This document shows, in pieces, positions 1-9,262 of a stretch of 64,000 nt of DNA. Position 1 is the first letter of the stretch. Each line of letters starts with the position of its first letter. Source of the stretch: an uncultured delta proteobacterium (GTDB lineage Bacteria; Myxococcota; Kuafuiibacteriia; Kuafuiibacteriales; Kuafuiibacteriaceae). The notes under the pieces are model-generated. The model had not been told where the DNA came from, did no database searches, and saw nothing but the letters and a program-made list of their open reading frames with translations. The stretch is taken from contig CAWDML010000007.1 of assembly GCA_963803435.1 (NCBI GenBank), positions 480,001-544,000 of the forward strand, read 5' to 3'. A program made the position numbers and the translations under genes.

Positions 1-1890
1 TTCAAGGAGGGGGTCGAGTTCCGCCCGGACCAGAAGGGAAGTCTCGCCTACCTCGAGGCCAAAGACGGCCGCGGCGTGATCAACCTCGACACCGGAGACG
101 GTAAGACGCTGGTCGCGATCGCGGAGATGCTCCTGGCGATCCGCAACGGTCGCCTGGATGATCCGAACACCAACGGTCGTTTCTTGTTCGTCTGCGATCG
201 AGACACCGCCGCGAACCTGCCGGACCAGATCAAGCAGTTCTGCGACAAGAAGACCCAGAAGCTCCTGCTCTCGGCGCTGCACAGGGGCCGGCGCGGTCGC
301 ATCGATGTGATGACCTACGGGCAGTTCGAGCGCGCGACGCGGAGCGGCACCTGGAAGCGCAAGCCGTGGTCGGCCGACGAGTACATAAGCGGGTTCTTCG
401 ACGAGGCCCACAAGAAGCTCGTGCGTCGCTCGGCGACCTCGGAGGCCATCTCGAAGATGAAGGCGCCCAAGGTGCTGCTGACCGCGTCGCTCGTCGACAA
501 GAACCCTGCGCAGGCGCTCACGCTCCGCTACCTGGCGGACGGCGTGGATCTCTACTCGGAGGAGGCCGCGCCCAAGAGACGCGAGATCGCGAAGGTCTCG
601 CGCAACCTGTCCGTGCGCGTCGGACCGTACGAGGTCGGCATCAACCCGCTCAGGAGGACGCGCGCGAAGATGATCTTCCAAGGCGTCTTCCACAAGAAAC
701 GCGCTCCGCTGCCGGCCGATCTCGTACCAGCCACCGAGCGGCTGACGATGAACGCGGACGTCCAGCGCGCGTACGAGCAGCAGCTCGCGTCGGTCCCGGG
801 GTTGCGACCCGCGCTCCAGGCGTCGGTGGCGGTCTGGCGTGACCTGGGCAAGAGCGATGATCCGAAGGTCGACCCGAGGGATCCGCGGATCGCCGGCCTC
901 AACGCGATCGACTCGGAGCTGAAGCACGGGTTCGACCTGCTCTACGCGTTGGAAAACCGGCCGAACCGGGTCGGCGACCTCGACGGAAAGCTGGTGGACC
1001 TCGACGAGCTGGATGCTGCCACGGCCGCCGGCGTGAAGCCGCTGATGGACTACAACCCGAACCTCCGCAGGACGGCCCAGCGTTTCGCCGACAAGCTCGA
1101 GCGCTCGCCTCGGAGCCGCGCGGGTCTCATGATCGACAACAAGGGCATGGTCGAAGAGGCGGCGCTCGAGATGATCCGTGCTGACGTCCCTGGCGGTCAC
1201 GCCGCGTGCCTCCCGGATCGGATCGTCGTGTACCGTCAAGCCACGCCGCGAGCGATCGAGAAGGCCCAGGAAGAGAAGCAGCGTTACGCCCGAAGCTCCG
1301 GCTCGCCCGTCGAGGTGGAGCTGGTGCAGGTCGACGACCAGCCGCTGGTGAAGACGACCTTCCGGCCCGGCCAGTACCGCGACTCCCCGGAGGGCTCGTC
1401 CTACTCGAGCCGCGACTGGCACCAGTACGTGCTGCGCCAGCTGCAAGAGAAGATGCACGAGGCAGCGACGGACATCGCGATTCGGACGCTGTCGATGTAC
1501 CGCCCCACCTACGGCCACGGGCACAACCTGCAGAAGGGCGGCATCAACACGGTCATCGACGTCACCACGCCCAAGGGCTACCAGGCGGGCCATCAGAGTC
1601 TGTCGCGCTTCTGGCGGCAGGGCATCACGGTCGATTCGGTCGAGCACGTGAGCGTGAGGGTGGGGCTGGGGGCCGACAACGAAACGCTAGGCCGCTACGA
1701 CCTGCTGCCCGGCGAGATCCAGCGCGAGCGGAACCAGCGCGAGCGATCGATCTATGAGGACAGCGTGGCCGTGCTGGAGACGGAGGGCCACTACGGCGGG
1801 CTGCCCCCCGACACGCGCACCTCGCTGATCCAGAACCGGCGCCTCTTCCAGCTGGAGCAGGAGATCGCCCAGGGAGATCGGATCCTGTGA
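1..1890 (+). CDS. SF2 (SNF2-like) helicase/ATPase domain protein, 5'-truncated by window edge
   Basis: Frame open from base 1 (FKEGVEFRPDQKG...). Walker A DTGDGKT, Walker B FFDEAH, motif III LLTAS, GHGHNLQ (motif V-like), QSLSRFWRQG (motif VI-like). Confidence 0.7.
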   Translation, partial: FKEGVEFRPDQKGSLAYLEAKDGRGVINLDTGDGKTLVAIAEMLLAIRNGRLDDPNTNGRFLFVCDRDTAANLPDQIKQFCDKKTQKLLLSALHRGRRGRIDVMTYGQFERATRSGTWKRKPWSADEYISGFFDEAHKKLVRRSATSEAISKMKAPKVLLTASLVDKNPAQALTLRYLADGVDLYSEEAAPKRREIAKVSRNLSVRVGPYEVGINPLRRTRAKMIFQGVFHKKRAPLPADLVPATERLTMNADVQRAYEQQLASVPGLRPALQASVAVWRDLGKSDDPKVDPRDPRIAGLNAIDSELKHGFDLLYALENRPNRVGDLDGKLVDLDELDAATAAGVKPLMDYNPNLRRTAQRFADKLERSPRSRAGLMIDNKGMVEEAALEMIRADVPGGHAACLPDRIVVYRQATPRAIEKAQEEKQRYARSSGSPVEVELVQVDDQPLVKTTFRPGQYRDSPEGSSYSSRDWHQYVLRQLQEKMHEAATDIAIRTLSMYRPTYGHGHNLQKGGINTVIDVTTPKGYQAGHQSLSRFWRQGITVDSVEHVSVRVGLGADNETLGRYDLLPGEIQRERNQRERSIYEDSVAVLETEGHYGGLPPDTRTSLIQNRRLFQLEQEIAQGDRIL

Positions 1891-2141
1891 CCGAGCGCTG
1901 GACGATGGCGCGATGGCGCGAGCACGTGACCGGGCTCGAGGGCGAGCCCCTCTGGACCCAGACGGTGGCCGCCAACCGCATGGAGTTCTACCAGGCCCTG
2001 CGCGCAGACGGGTACACCGGCGCCGAGATCGAGATCGTGCTCAGCTACTTCGCTGAGCGCTTCCGCCAGCTCGGCCAGGAGCCTCCGCCCGGCGGGCTCT
2101 TCTCGCTGCGAGACCTCGAGCTGCAGGATCGATCGCGGTAG
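1887..2141 (+). CDS. hypothetical protein, 84 aa
   Basis: GTGA overlap with the helicase stop; codon usage typical of the region. Confidence 0.6.
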   Translation: MTERWTMARWREHVTGLEGEPLWTQTVAANRMEFYQALRADGYTGAEIEIVLSYFAERFRQLGQEPPPGGLFSLRDLELQDRSR

Positions 2142-2267
2142 GAGACTCAGACCGTGCGGTGCGGTCGAGCCCGACTCCTGACCTACAGCCCCGGCGCAGC
2201 CGCTGCATCGAACGTTTGTTTGCATCCTTTTGCTCGATTCCCCGTCTTCATGGCAAAGGAGCAGACG

Positions 2268-3074
2268 ATGGAACCAGAACATATTCGAGACGCCGTACGC
2301 GACCACTACGCGAAGCTCGCGGGAGATCCCGAAGGGGCGTGCGCACCCGGGTGCTGCGGCGTCGCCCCGCAAGCGTCGCTGGAGCTCGGGTACACGCACG
2401 AGGATCTCGCCTCGGTCCCCGACGGAGCGAACCTCGGTCTCGGCTGTGGGAATCCCACCGCGCTCGCCTCGCTGCGTGAAGGCGAAACGGTCGTCGACCT
2501 CGGGAGCGGCGCCGGCTTCGACTGCTTCCTCGCAGGACGGCGGGTCGGGCCCCGCGGCCACGTGATCGGCGTGGACATGACGCCGCCGATGATCAGCAAG
2601 GCGCGGGCGAACGCCGCCAAGCTCGGTGCGGAGAACGTCGAGTTCCGGCTCGGCGAGATCGAGCGGCTGCCCGTGGCGGACGCGTCGGTCGACGTCATCC
2701 TCTCCAACTGCGTCGTCAACCTCTCGCCCGACAAGGCGCAGGTCTTCCGCGACGCCTTCCGAATCCTTCGCGACGGCGGTCGCCTCGCGATCTCGGACGT
2801 GGTGCTGATCGGCGCGCTCCCGGACGCGCTCAGGGAGCAAGCCGAGGCGTTCGCCGGGTGCGTCGCGGGCGCCGTGCCCGTCGAGGCGATCGCGTCGATG
2901 CTGGCCGACGCAGGCTTCACAGACATCCGGGTCACGGTCAAAGAGGAGAGCCGGACCTTCATCGCAAAGTGGCTCCCAGGGACCGGCGTCGAGCACGCCG
3001 TAGCCGCTGCGACCGTCGAGGCGATCAAGCCCGGCGGCGCCGCCTGCTGCGAGCCCTCCTGCTGCGGAGGTTAG
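2268..3074 (+). CDS. arsM: arsenite S-adenosylmethionine methyltransferase
   Basis: GLGCGNP, VVDLGSGAGFDC, SNCVVNLSPDK, GCVAGA motifs; Cys-rich ends; AAAGGAG RBS upstream of ATG 2268. Confidence 0.88.
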   Translation: MEPEHIRDAVRDHYAKLAGDPEGACAPGCCGVAPQASLELGYTHEDLASVPDGANLGLGCGNPTALASLREGETVVDLGSGAGFDCFLAGRRVGPRGHVIGVDMTPPMISKARANAAKLGAENVEFRLGEIERLPVADASVDVILSNCVVNLSPDKAQVFRDAFRILRDGGRLAISDVVLIGALPDALREQAEAFAGCVAGAVPVEAIASMLADAGFTDIRVTVKEESRTFIAKWLPGTGVEHAVAAATVEAIKPGGAACCEPSCCGG

Positions 3075-3626
3075 ATGGCTTCCTGCGGCAACGCCCTCTC
3101 ATGGACGGAGATCGAGCGGCGCCTGCGGCCGTTCATCTCTCGGCGCGTCGCTCGCAAGGAGGACGCGGACGACGTGCTGCAGGAGGTCCTCCTCCGGATC
3201 CACCGGAGCCTCGATACGCTCCGCGACGAGGAGCGCTTCGACGCCTGGATCCACCGCGTCGCCCAGCACGCCATCGCCGACCACCTGCGCACCCACGTCC
3301 GCCACCCGCCGAGCACCACGGCCCAGGCCCCCGACATCGCGGACGCCCGTCTCGATGACGACGACGCCGTCGCCCGCGAGCTCTCCCAGTGCGTCTCTGG
3401 CTTCGTGGCGATGCTCCCTTCGCCCTACCGCGAGGCCATCACGCTGACCGAGCTCGAGGGCCGCACCCAGAAAGAGGCCGCCGAGATGCTCGGCGTGTCC
3501 CTCTCCGCGATGAAGTCCCGCGTCCAGCGGGGCCGCCTCCGCCTCCGCGCCATGCTGGAGGACTGCTGCGAGATCGAGCTCGACGCCCGCGGGCGCGTGG
3601 TGGGGTACGACCGAAGGCGGTGTTGA
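3075..3626 (+). CDS. sigZ: ECF sigma-70 factor, SigZ-like
   Basis: DADDVLQEVLLRI (region 2), LPSPYREAITLTELEGRTQKEAAEMLGVSLSAMKSRVQRGR (region 4), C-terminal LEDCCEIELDARG. Confidence 0.8.
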   Translation: MASCGNALSWTEIERRLRPFISRRVARKEDADDVLQEVLLRIHRSLDTLRDEERFDAWIHRVAQHAIADHLRTHVRHPPSTTAQAPDIADARLDDDDAVARELSQCVSGFVAMLPSPYREAITLTELEGRTQKEAAEMLGVSLSAMKSRVQRGRLRLRAMLEDCCEIELDARGRVVGYDRRRC

Positions 3627-3629
3627 GCA

Positions 3630-3825
3630 GCTCTCCCGACTCCGTGACTCCGCGGCTCTCCTCGTGGTTGTCGGAGTCGATCATCAACGTCGAGCACGAG
3701 GGGACCAGCTGGCCGTCAACCTCGATCACGAGCTGCCTTCAGGGAAGATGCGCAGCTGGCTCTCGATCTGCTCCTTTGCCAGACATGCCCGGGAAGCAGA
3801 GCAGCTGCATCGCCACCAGGGCGTC
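3630..3825 (-). pseudogene. degraded N-terminal fragment of a GNAT acetyltransferase / carbon-nitrogen hydrolase fusion protein
   Basis: Across two frameshifts the minus strand reads DALVAMQLLCFPGM / KEQIESQLRIFPEG / LVIEVDGQLVPSCSTLMIDSD, resembling that family's N-terminus from memory. Confidence 0.55.
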
Positions 3826-3835
3826 AGGCTCGAGC

Positions 3836-4309
3836 TCAGAGCACGATGCCGTACTGCCACTGGAGCGTCATGGCCGGGTCTTGCTGGTAGAGGATGCAGG
3901 GCTGGTCATGGCCGGAGGGGAAGAAGCCGCCCCGCTCGGTGTGGGTCCCCGTGATCCGCGCGCCGTTGGAGAACGTGGTCTCGTTCGGCGCCTCGCTGCA
4001 GCTACCGCTGACCTGGAAGCACGCGAAGAAGGACTCCACACAGGTGCCCAGGAGCGGGTTGGTGGTGGTGTCCGCGCAACGTGGGTCGCCGACGGTGGAG
4101 ACGTCGCTCGAGCAGCGGAGACCGAGGCACGCCTCGGCGGTGGTATGGAGCTCGCCCATGGCGCGGGTGGGCTCGTCGTCGATGGTGACCGTGTCGCCGG
4201 TCGGGCAGGTGTACGTGTAGACGTACCGAACCTGCTCGATGGTGAGGATCTCGTACTCCTGCATGCCGCAGGCGGAGAGCGCGATCGAGAGGAGGAGCAT
4301 CCGTATCAT
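3836..4309 (-). CDS. putative lipoprotein, Cys-rich
   Basis: Lipobox LSAC after a hydrophobic stretch. Confidence 0.65.
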   Translation of the reverse strand: MIRMLLLSIALSACGMQEYEILTIEQVRYVYTYTCPTGDTVTIDDEPTRAMGELHTTAEACLGLRCSSDVSTVGDPRCADTTTNPLLGTCVESFFACFQVSGSCSEAPNETTFSNGARITGTHTERGGFFPSGHDQPCILYQQDPAMTLQWQYGIVL

Positions 4310-4319
4310 GTGTCGATCC

Positions 4320-5618
4320 TCAGAAGTACCAGCCCAGCGGGACCTCGAGCTCCACGAAGATGGGCTTGCTGTTCTTGCACCTCGCGTAGGCGGCGAACGG
4401 TGACTCGTCGAGCTCGCCGGACTGGACGGTGTCCGCGCAAGCGCCGAACCCGGTCAGCGGGATGATCGCTCGTATGCCGATCCCCCACGAGAACTTTCCG
4501 TCGCCGAGGAAGAGGTAGCGGACAGTCGGCGCGACCGCAGGTCCGATCAGTGAGTCGTCCGTCTTGCCGGTCACCGCCAGCAGTCCGGCGCCCACCGACA
4601 GCTCGAGGTTGTGGTCCTCCCCGAAGACCAGCTTGTAGCCCAGGCGCGGCCCGAGATAGGCCGCAAGCTCGGCTTCTCGCTTGCGGCAGTAGCCCACCGG
4701 ATAGTCGCCGGGGCCGCACGCGCTGATCTCCACCGAGTGAAGCGTGATCAGGGCGGACACGTTCGTCTCGAGCGCGACCAGCGTGAACCCGCCGAAGTGC
4801 AGGTTGACGAACCGCAGCCAGGCGCCGATGGCGTACCCGCCCGTCACCGTACCGCCGAGCCCCAGACCCAGCCCGAACCACTCGTTGCGCGAGGTCTTGC
4901 GGTCCGCTTCCAGGTGCAGGTCGATGCGGCGCCGCTCGTCCCGCTCGAGCGTCAGGGTCTCGCGGTGCGTCTCGTAGCCGTCGCGCTCGAGGGTGAGCTC
5001 GGCCGGCGTTCCCTTGGGGAGACGCACTACCACCGGCGTCTGTCCCTGCGATCGCCCGTCGATCAGGACGTCGGCGTGACGCGGCGAGGAGTCGAGGTTG
5101 AGCTGGAACGTCTGGGCTCGCTCCGGTGGTGGTGGCGGCGGCGGCGGCGCCGTCTCGGAGCGCGCACCGGCGAGCTCGCTGGCCACGGCCTCGAGGGAGG
5201 CCACCAGGGCGTTATCGTCGCAGCCCCCTTTCTGCGACGCCGCCCGCTCGGTCGCGGACAGCCGCAGGTCGTAGAGGGTGGCGGTGACGGCACACAGATC
5301 TCCAACCTGGACGATCTGCGTGTGCAGCACCTTCTGCGCCGCCAGCTCCTTACCGATCTCGATCTGGCAGCTCTCGTCGAAGCAGCTCTTGTAGCTCTCG
5401 ACCCGTTGCTGCTTCAACGCCGCCTCGATGTCGGCGCGAGGGACCACCAGGAAGCGGCCGGTCTCGGTGATCTTGACGCCGAAGTAGTCGGTGAGCTGCC
5501 CGACCTGATCGGGCGTGGTGCGACCCGTTCGATCTTGGAGCGGGAACAGCGCGATGATCGGCTTCGAGTCGGAAGGCTCCGCCGCCAGGAGGGCGAGGAG
5601 CAGCGCGGCGCCGAGCAT
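4320..5618 (-). CDS. secreted PEGA-domain protein with N-terminal CsgG/TolB-N-like domain and C-terminal beta-rich region
   Basis: Signal peptide, CFDESCQIEIGK motif, poly-Pro linker, PEGA motif SSPRHADVLIDG...GQTP...RDGYE, terminal aromatic GWYF. Confidence 0.7.
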   Translation of the reverse strand: MLGAALLLALLAAEPSDSKPIIALFPLQDRTGRTTPDQVGQLTDYFGVKITETGRFLVVPRADIEAALKQQRVESYKSCFDESCQIEIGKELAAQKVLHTQIVQVGDLCAVTATLYDLRLSATERAASQKGGCDDNALVASLEAVASELAGARSETAPPPPPPPPERAQTFQLNLDSSPRHADVLIDGRSQGQTPVVVRLPKGTPAELTLERDGYETHRETLTLERDERRRIDLHLEADRKTSRNEWFGLGLGLGGTVTGGYAIGAWLRFVNLHFGGFTLVALETNVSALITLHSVEISACGPGDYPVGYCRKREAELAAYLGPRLGYKLVFGEDHNLELSVGAGLLAVTGKTDDSLIGPAVAPTVRYLFLGDGKFSWGIGIRAIIPLTGFGACADTVQSGELDESPFAAYARCKNSKPIFVELEVPLGWYF

Positions 5619-5828
5619 CGAGCATCGGGATAGGCCAATCCGGTGCGGCGATCAACGCCCCGTGTGTTCTGGATCCGACCCACTGACGCCGCCCGAAGAC
5701 GCTAGGGCTCCCACCCTCCGTCCAATGTTTGAGCCGAGATACGCTCCGCGTTGTCGCCGCGCGCACGCGGGAAGCTCGGGCCTTCCCTCTCGGCCGGCAT
5801 TGGCCTCCCGGTTGCTCCTACAGTGGTC

Positions 5829-6512
5829 ATGAACCCAAGGACGATCGCGCTCATCGGCTCCACCGTTCTCGCGGCCGCCATCGCGTGGCCGCGCACCAGC
5901 GAAGCACAGACCCACGGCGGCTTCGTCTACTCCGCGACCGGGCCCGGAATCTCGAGGACCTCGATCAACCTGGGCGTTCGCGCCTACACCCCGGCGGTGG
6001 ACCAGATCGACGTCGTGCTCCCGACCGCGGACCTCAGTCTCGTGTACGGGATCAACGACGCGCTCGACTACGAGCTCCGCGTCTCGACGGTCGGTATCCT
6101 CACGTTGATCGACACGGGCGTGAAGGTCCGCATCCTCGGCAATCGCAACCTCGCGCTCGGCGCGCGCCTCGACGCGTCCGGCCTCCTGGCCGTGCTCCCC
6201 AAGGACGACGGCACCGAGGTCTCGGGACTGTTCGGCGTGACCCCCGGCCTGATCCTCTCCACCGGCGGGCGCCGCTTCCAGATCTCCGCAGGCCTCGACC
6301 TTCCGGTGGTGCTAGGGACCGCCAGCGACCTCGGCGGGGTCCGCGCGACCGGTCCCGACTCGGTGTTCGGCTACGTGCTCCGCCCCTGGGTCGGCGTCGA
6401 GCTGCCCATCGGTCGCACGACCAACCTCTCGCTGCAGGCCCAGGCCTACGTCTCGACGCTCGGCGACACGACCGCCGTGGCGCCGAACCTCGCGCTCGGC
6501 ATCACGTTCTAG
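5829..6512 (+). CDS. putative outer-membrane beta-barrel protein
   Basis: Signal peptide, amphipathic beta strands, C-terminal LALGITF. Confidence 0.65.
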   Translation: MNPRTIALIGSTVLAAAIAWPRTSEAQTHGGFVYSATGPGISRTSINLGVRAYTPAVDQIDVVLPTADLSLVYGINDALDYELRVSTVGILTLIDTGVKVRILGNRNLALGARLDASGLLAVLPKDDGTEVSGLFGVTPGLILSTGGRRFQISAGLDLPVVLGTASDLGGVRATGPDSVFGYVLRPWVGVELPIGRTTNLSLQAQAYVSTLGDTTAVAPNLALGITF

Positions 6513-6631
6513 GTTTGCATTGACCTCGGTCGAGGCCGACCGCACGCGCGCGCTGCTACCTTGGCTCGGCACCCGCGCAGAGACGCTCTCGAGGATGCTT
6601 CGCCGTCGCCGGGAGCGTTGACCGCGAGGGG

Positions 6632-6810
6632 TCACCGGTCCTCTGCGCCTACGCGCTCCAGGTGATCGAGATAGCGCTGCTCCTCATCGGTGAGCGGCCG
6701 ACGATCCGTGCTCCACATGGTCGCGTACCAGATCGTGTTCTCCAGCCACCAGCGGTAGAGGAACGCCTCCACGGTCGGCGCCTGGAACGTGAGCGGCCGA
6801 AGCGTTCCAC
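6632..6810 (-). pseudogene. orphan 3' fragment of a conserved hypothetical gene
   Basis: Protein-like tail APTVEAFLYRWWLENTIWY...LTDEEQRYLDHL with no credible start; upstream frame is the RIO gene antisense. Confidence 0.4.
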
Positions 6811-6988
6811 CGGAAGCGGCGGCTGCTGCCGGTACGAGAACGCCTGATAGGTCCCCTGCTCGCGGGAGCGACCGCGGTTCTCCTCGCATCCGGTCAGGAG
6901 CCGGAGATCGTGCCTCGCGGCGTCGCTCATCCGCTTTTTGCCCTGGACGACGCTGGTCCGGCGCGTCAGGGTGCAGCGCGAAGCACGA

Positions 6989-8078
6989 ATGCGAATACCC
7001 GACAACCTCGCTGCGCTCGTCGACCAAGGTTTCATCGAAGAGGTTGTGCGGCCGCTCATGAGCGGGAAAGAGGCCCAGGTCTACCTCGTGATCGCGAACG
7101 GCCGGGCGTGCGTCGCGAAGATCTACAAGGAAGCCCAAAACCGCTCGTTCAAGAACCGAGCGGAGTACACCGAGGGCCGGCGCGTTCGAAACACGCGGGA
7201 TCAGCGGGCGATGAACAAGCGGACCAGCCATGGTCGGGCGATGGACGAGGATGCCTGGCGGTCGGCCGAGGTCGACATGATCCAGCGGCTGCGGAGCGCG
7301 GGTGTTCGCGTCCCCGAGCCGCTTCAGTTCATCGATGGTGTCCTACTCATGGAGATGATCGAAGACATCCACGGCGAGCCGGCGCCGCGGCTCGCGGAGC
7401 TCCAGCTGAGCCCGGCCGAAGCGCGCGTGGTCTTCGATCACCTCCTGCGCGAGGTGGTGCGGATGCTCTGCGCCGGGATCATCCACGGCGATCTCTCGGA
7501 CTTCAACGTGTTGATGGGTGCGGACGGACCGGTGGTGATCGACTTTCCACAGTCCGTCGATGCGGCGCGCAACCAGAACGCGCGCGAGCTCCTGATCCGG
7601 GACGTCAACAATCTCACCACGTTCCTCGGTCGATTCGATCCCAGCATGCGGGCCACCTCCTACGGCCAAGAGATCTGGCAAGCCTACGAGCGCGCGGAGC
7701 TCACACCGGAGTCGCAGCTCACCGGTCGATTCGTGGCGCCGCAGGGGAAGGCCGACACGTCCGCGGTGCTCGAGGAGATCGAGCACGCCGCACGCGACGA
7801 AGATCGCCGGCGGCTCGCCCGCGGCCAGGCGCCGGTTCGCTCTCATCGGCCGGAGACCGAGGCCCGGGCAGCACGACCGAAGCCTGAGCACCGCGCTCGA
7901 GGGTGCGCCAGCGCCGCGCAAACGTCGCCGACGACGGAGACGGCGGGCCGGGGCGGGGGCGGCCGAGGTTGCTGCACCCAACCGCACCAGCGGAGCTCAT
8001 CCGGCGGTGAAGCCCGCCGCGATCGAGCCGGACCGCTCCAGCCCCCGCCAGGTCCGCTCGACCCGACCGAGGCGCTGA
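6989..8078 (+). CDS. RIO1-family (PA4780-like) protein kinase, probable frameshift near 7890
   Basis: LMSGKEAQVYLV, AKIYK, IIHGDLSDFNVL, VIDFPQ. The shifted frame gives a natural tail (APAPRKRRRRRRRRAG...RPRR*) ending at TGA 8076-8078. Confidence 0.8.
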
Positions 8079-8212
8079 CCTCCGGAAGTGCATCCTCCCG
8101 GTCGATGACCGACGCGCGTGCACCAATCACACCCGTGGCTCGCGCCTCGTCGACCGACTCTACCTACACGCGCGTATCAGTCGACGAGACGCAGGTGCTA
8201 CGGTCCGGCCCG

Positions 8213-9256
8213 ATGCAGGCGGGGCGGCTGACAGCGTTGCTGGTGATGGTCGCGTGCAAGGCGAGCCCGCGCGATCCGAACGACAAAGCGGATGCAGGCA
8301 CGCCGCCCGCCGACTCGGGCGTCGAGATTCCCGTCGATGCTGGCGCCACGCCCGGGCGCTACTTCCCTGCGGGCGCCTTCTTCCTCGACGACGTCTACGA
8401 CGCTCCGCCTGCCGGCAACTCCCCCGCGATCCTCGCCGACCTCGCAGCCGCCGGCGGCTGGGGGAACGGCAACATCTTCCAGATCGACTTCTCGATCGAC
8501 GTGCTCACCGCCGACGAGACGACGCCGATGATGACGTTCGAGCCGACCGACGACTTCTACGATCCTGACTGTGACGCGGTACCGATGCCGCTCCCCGCCG
8601 ACGGCAACGTCGAGGGCGAGGACGGGTACGAGTGCGCGGGGGACGGAGACTGTCACCTCATCGTGTTCGCGCCGGCCATGGATCGTCTCTTCGAGATGTG
8701 GCGGGCGAACGTCTCGGGCGGGACGTTCTACGGCGGCTGCCTGGCCGTATGGGATACGAGCCGGGTCTATGGAGCGCACGGGAGAGGGCTGCAGTGCACC
8801 AGCGCCGATGCCGCGGGCTTCCCGATCGCTCCGCTCCTGTTCACCGCGGACGAGGTGGCGGCCGGAGAGATCGCGCACGCGATCCGGTTCATCCTCCCCA
8901 ACAATCGCGTGAAGCGCGGCTTCGTCCCACCCGCGACCCACGGCACCAGCACCACCGGCGACGGCGACGCACCCTACTACGGCGTCCATCTCCGCCTGCG
9001 CCGCGACTTCCCGCTGGAGACGCTCCCCAGCGAGGGTGCACGGACCGTCGCCCGCGCCCTGCAGCGGTACGGCATGTATCACGCCGACGGCGGCAACATC
9101 GCCCTGACCGCGCAGAGCGACCGGCACACCGCCGCCCGCTGGAGCGGCCTCCTCGAACCGCGCGATCTCTCCCAGCTCCAGGTCGGCGACTTCGAGGTCA
9201 TCGACCACGGGGCGTTCGTCCCGCTGACCTACGACTGCGTCCGCGAGCCCCTTTGA
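8213..9256 (+). CDS. putative lipoprotein of unknown function
   Basis: Lipobox-like LLVMVAC, DAG linker, conserved-looking SADAAGFPIAPLL / HAIRF / ALQRYGMYHADGG motifs. Confidence 0.7.
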   Translation: MQAGRLTALLVMVACKASPRDPNDKADAGTPPADSGVEIPVDAGATPGRYFPAGAFFLDDVYDAPPAGNSPAILADLAAAGGWGNGNIFQIDFSIDVLTADETTPMMTFEPTDDFYDPDCDAVPMPLPADGNVEGEDGYECAGDGDCHLIVFAPAMDRLFEMWRANVSGGTFYGGCLAVWDTSRVYGAHGRGLQCTSADAAGFPIAPLLFTADEVAAGEIAHAIRFILPNNRVKRGFVPPATHGTSTTGDGDAPYYGVHLRLRRDFPLETLPSEGARTVARALQRYGMYHADGGNIALTAQSDRHTAARWSGLLEPRDLSQLQVGDFEVIDHGAFVPLTYDCVREPL

Positions 9257-9262
9257 GCTCGA

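Noticed and set aside
6938-9256. 772-aa RIO kinase-lipoprotein fusion
   Set aside because: The linker is not protein-like; a shifted frame gives a natural Arg-rich kinase tail ending at 8078, and the second half has its own ATG and lipobox at 8213.
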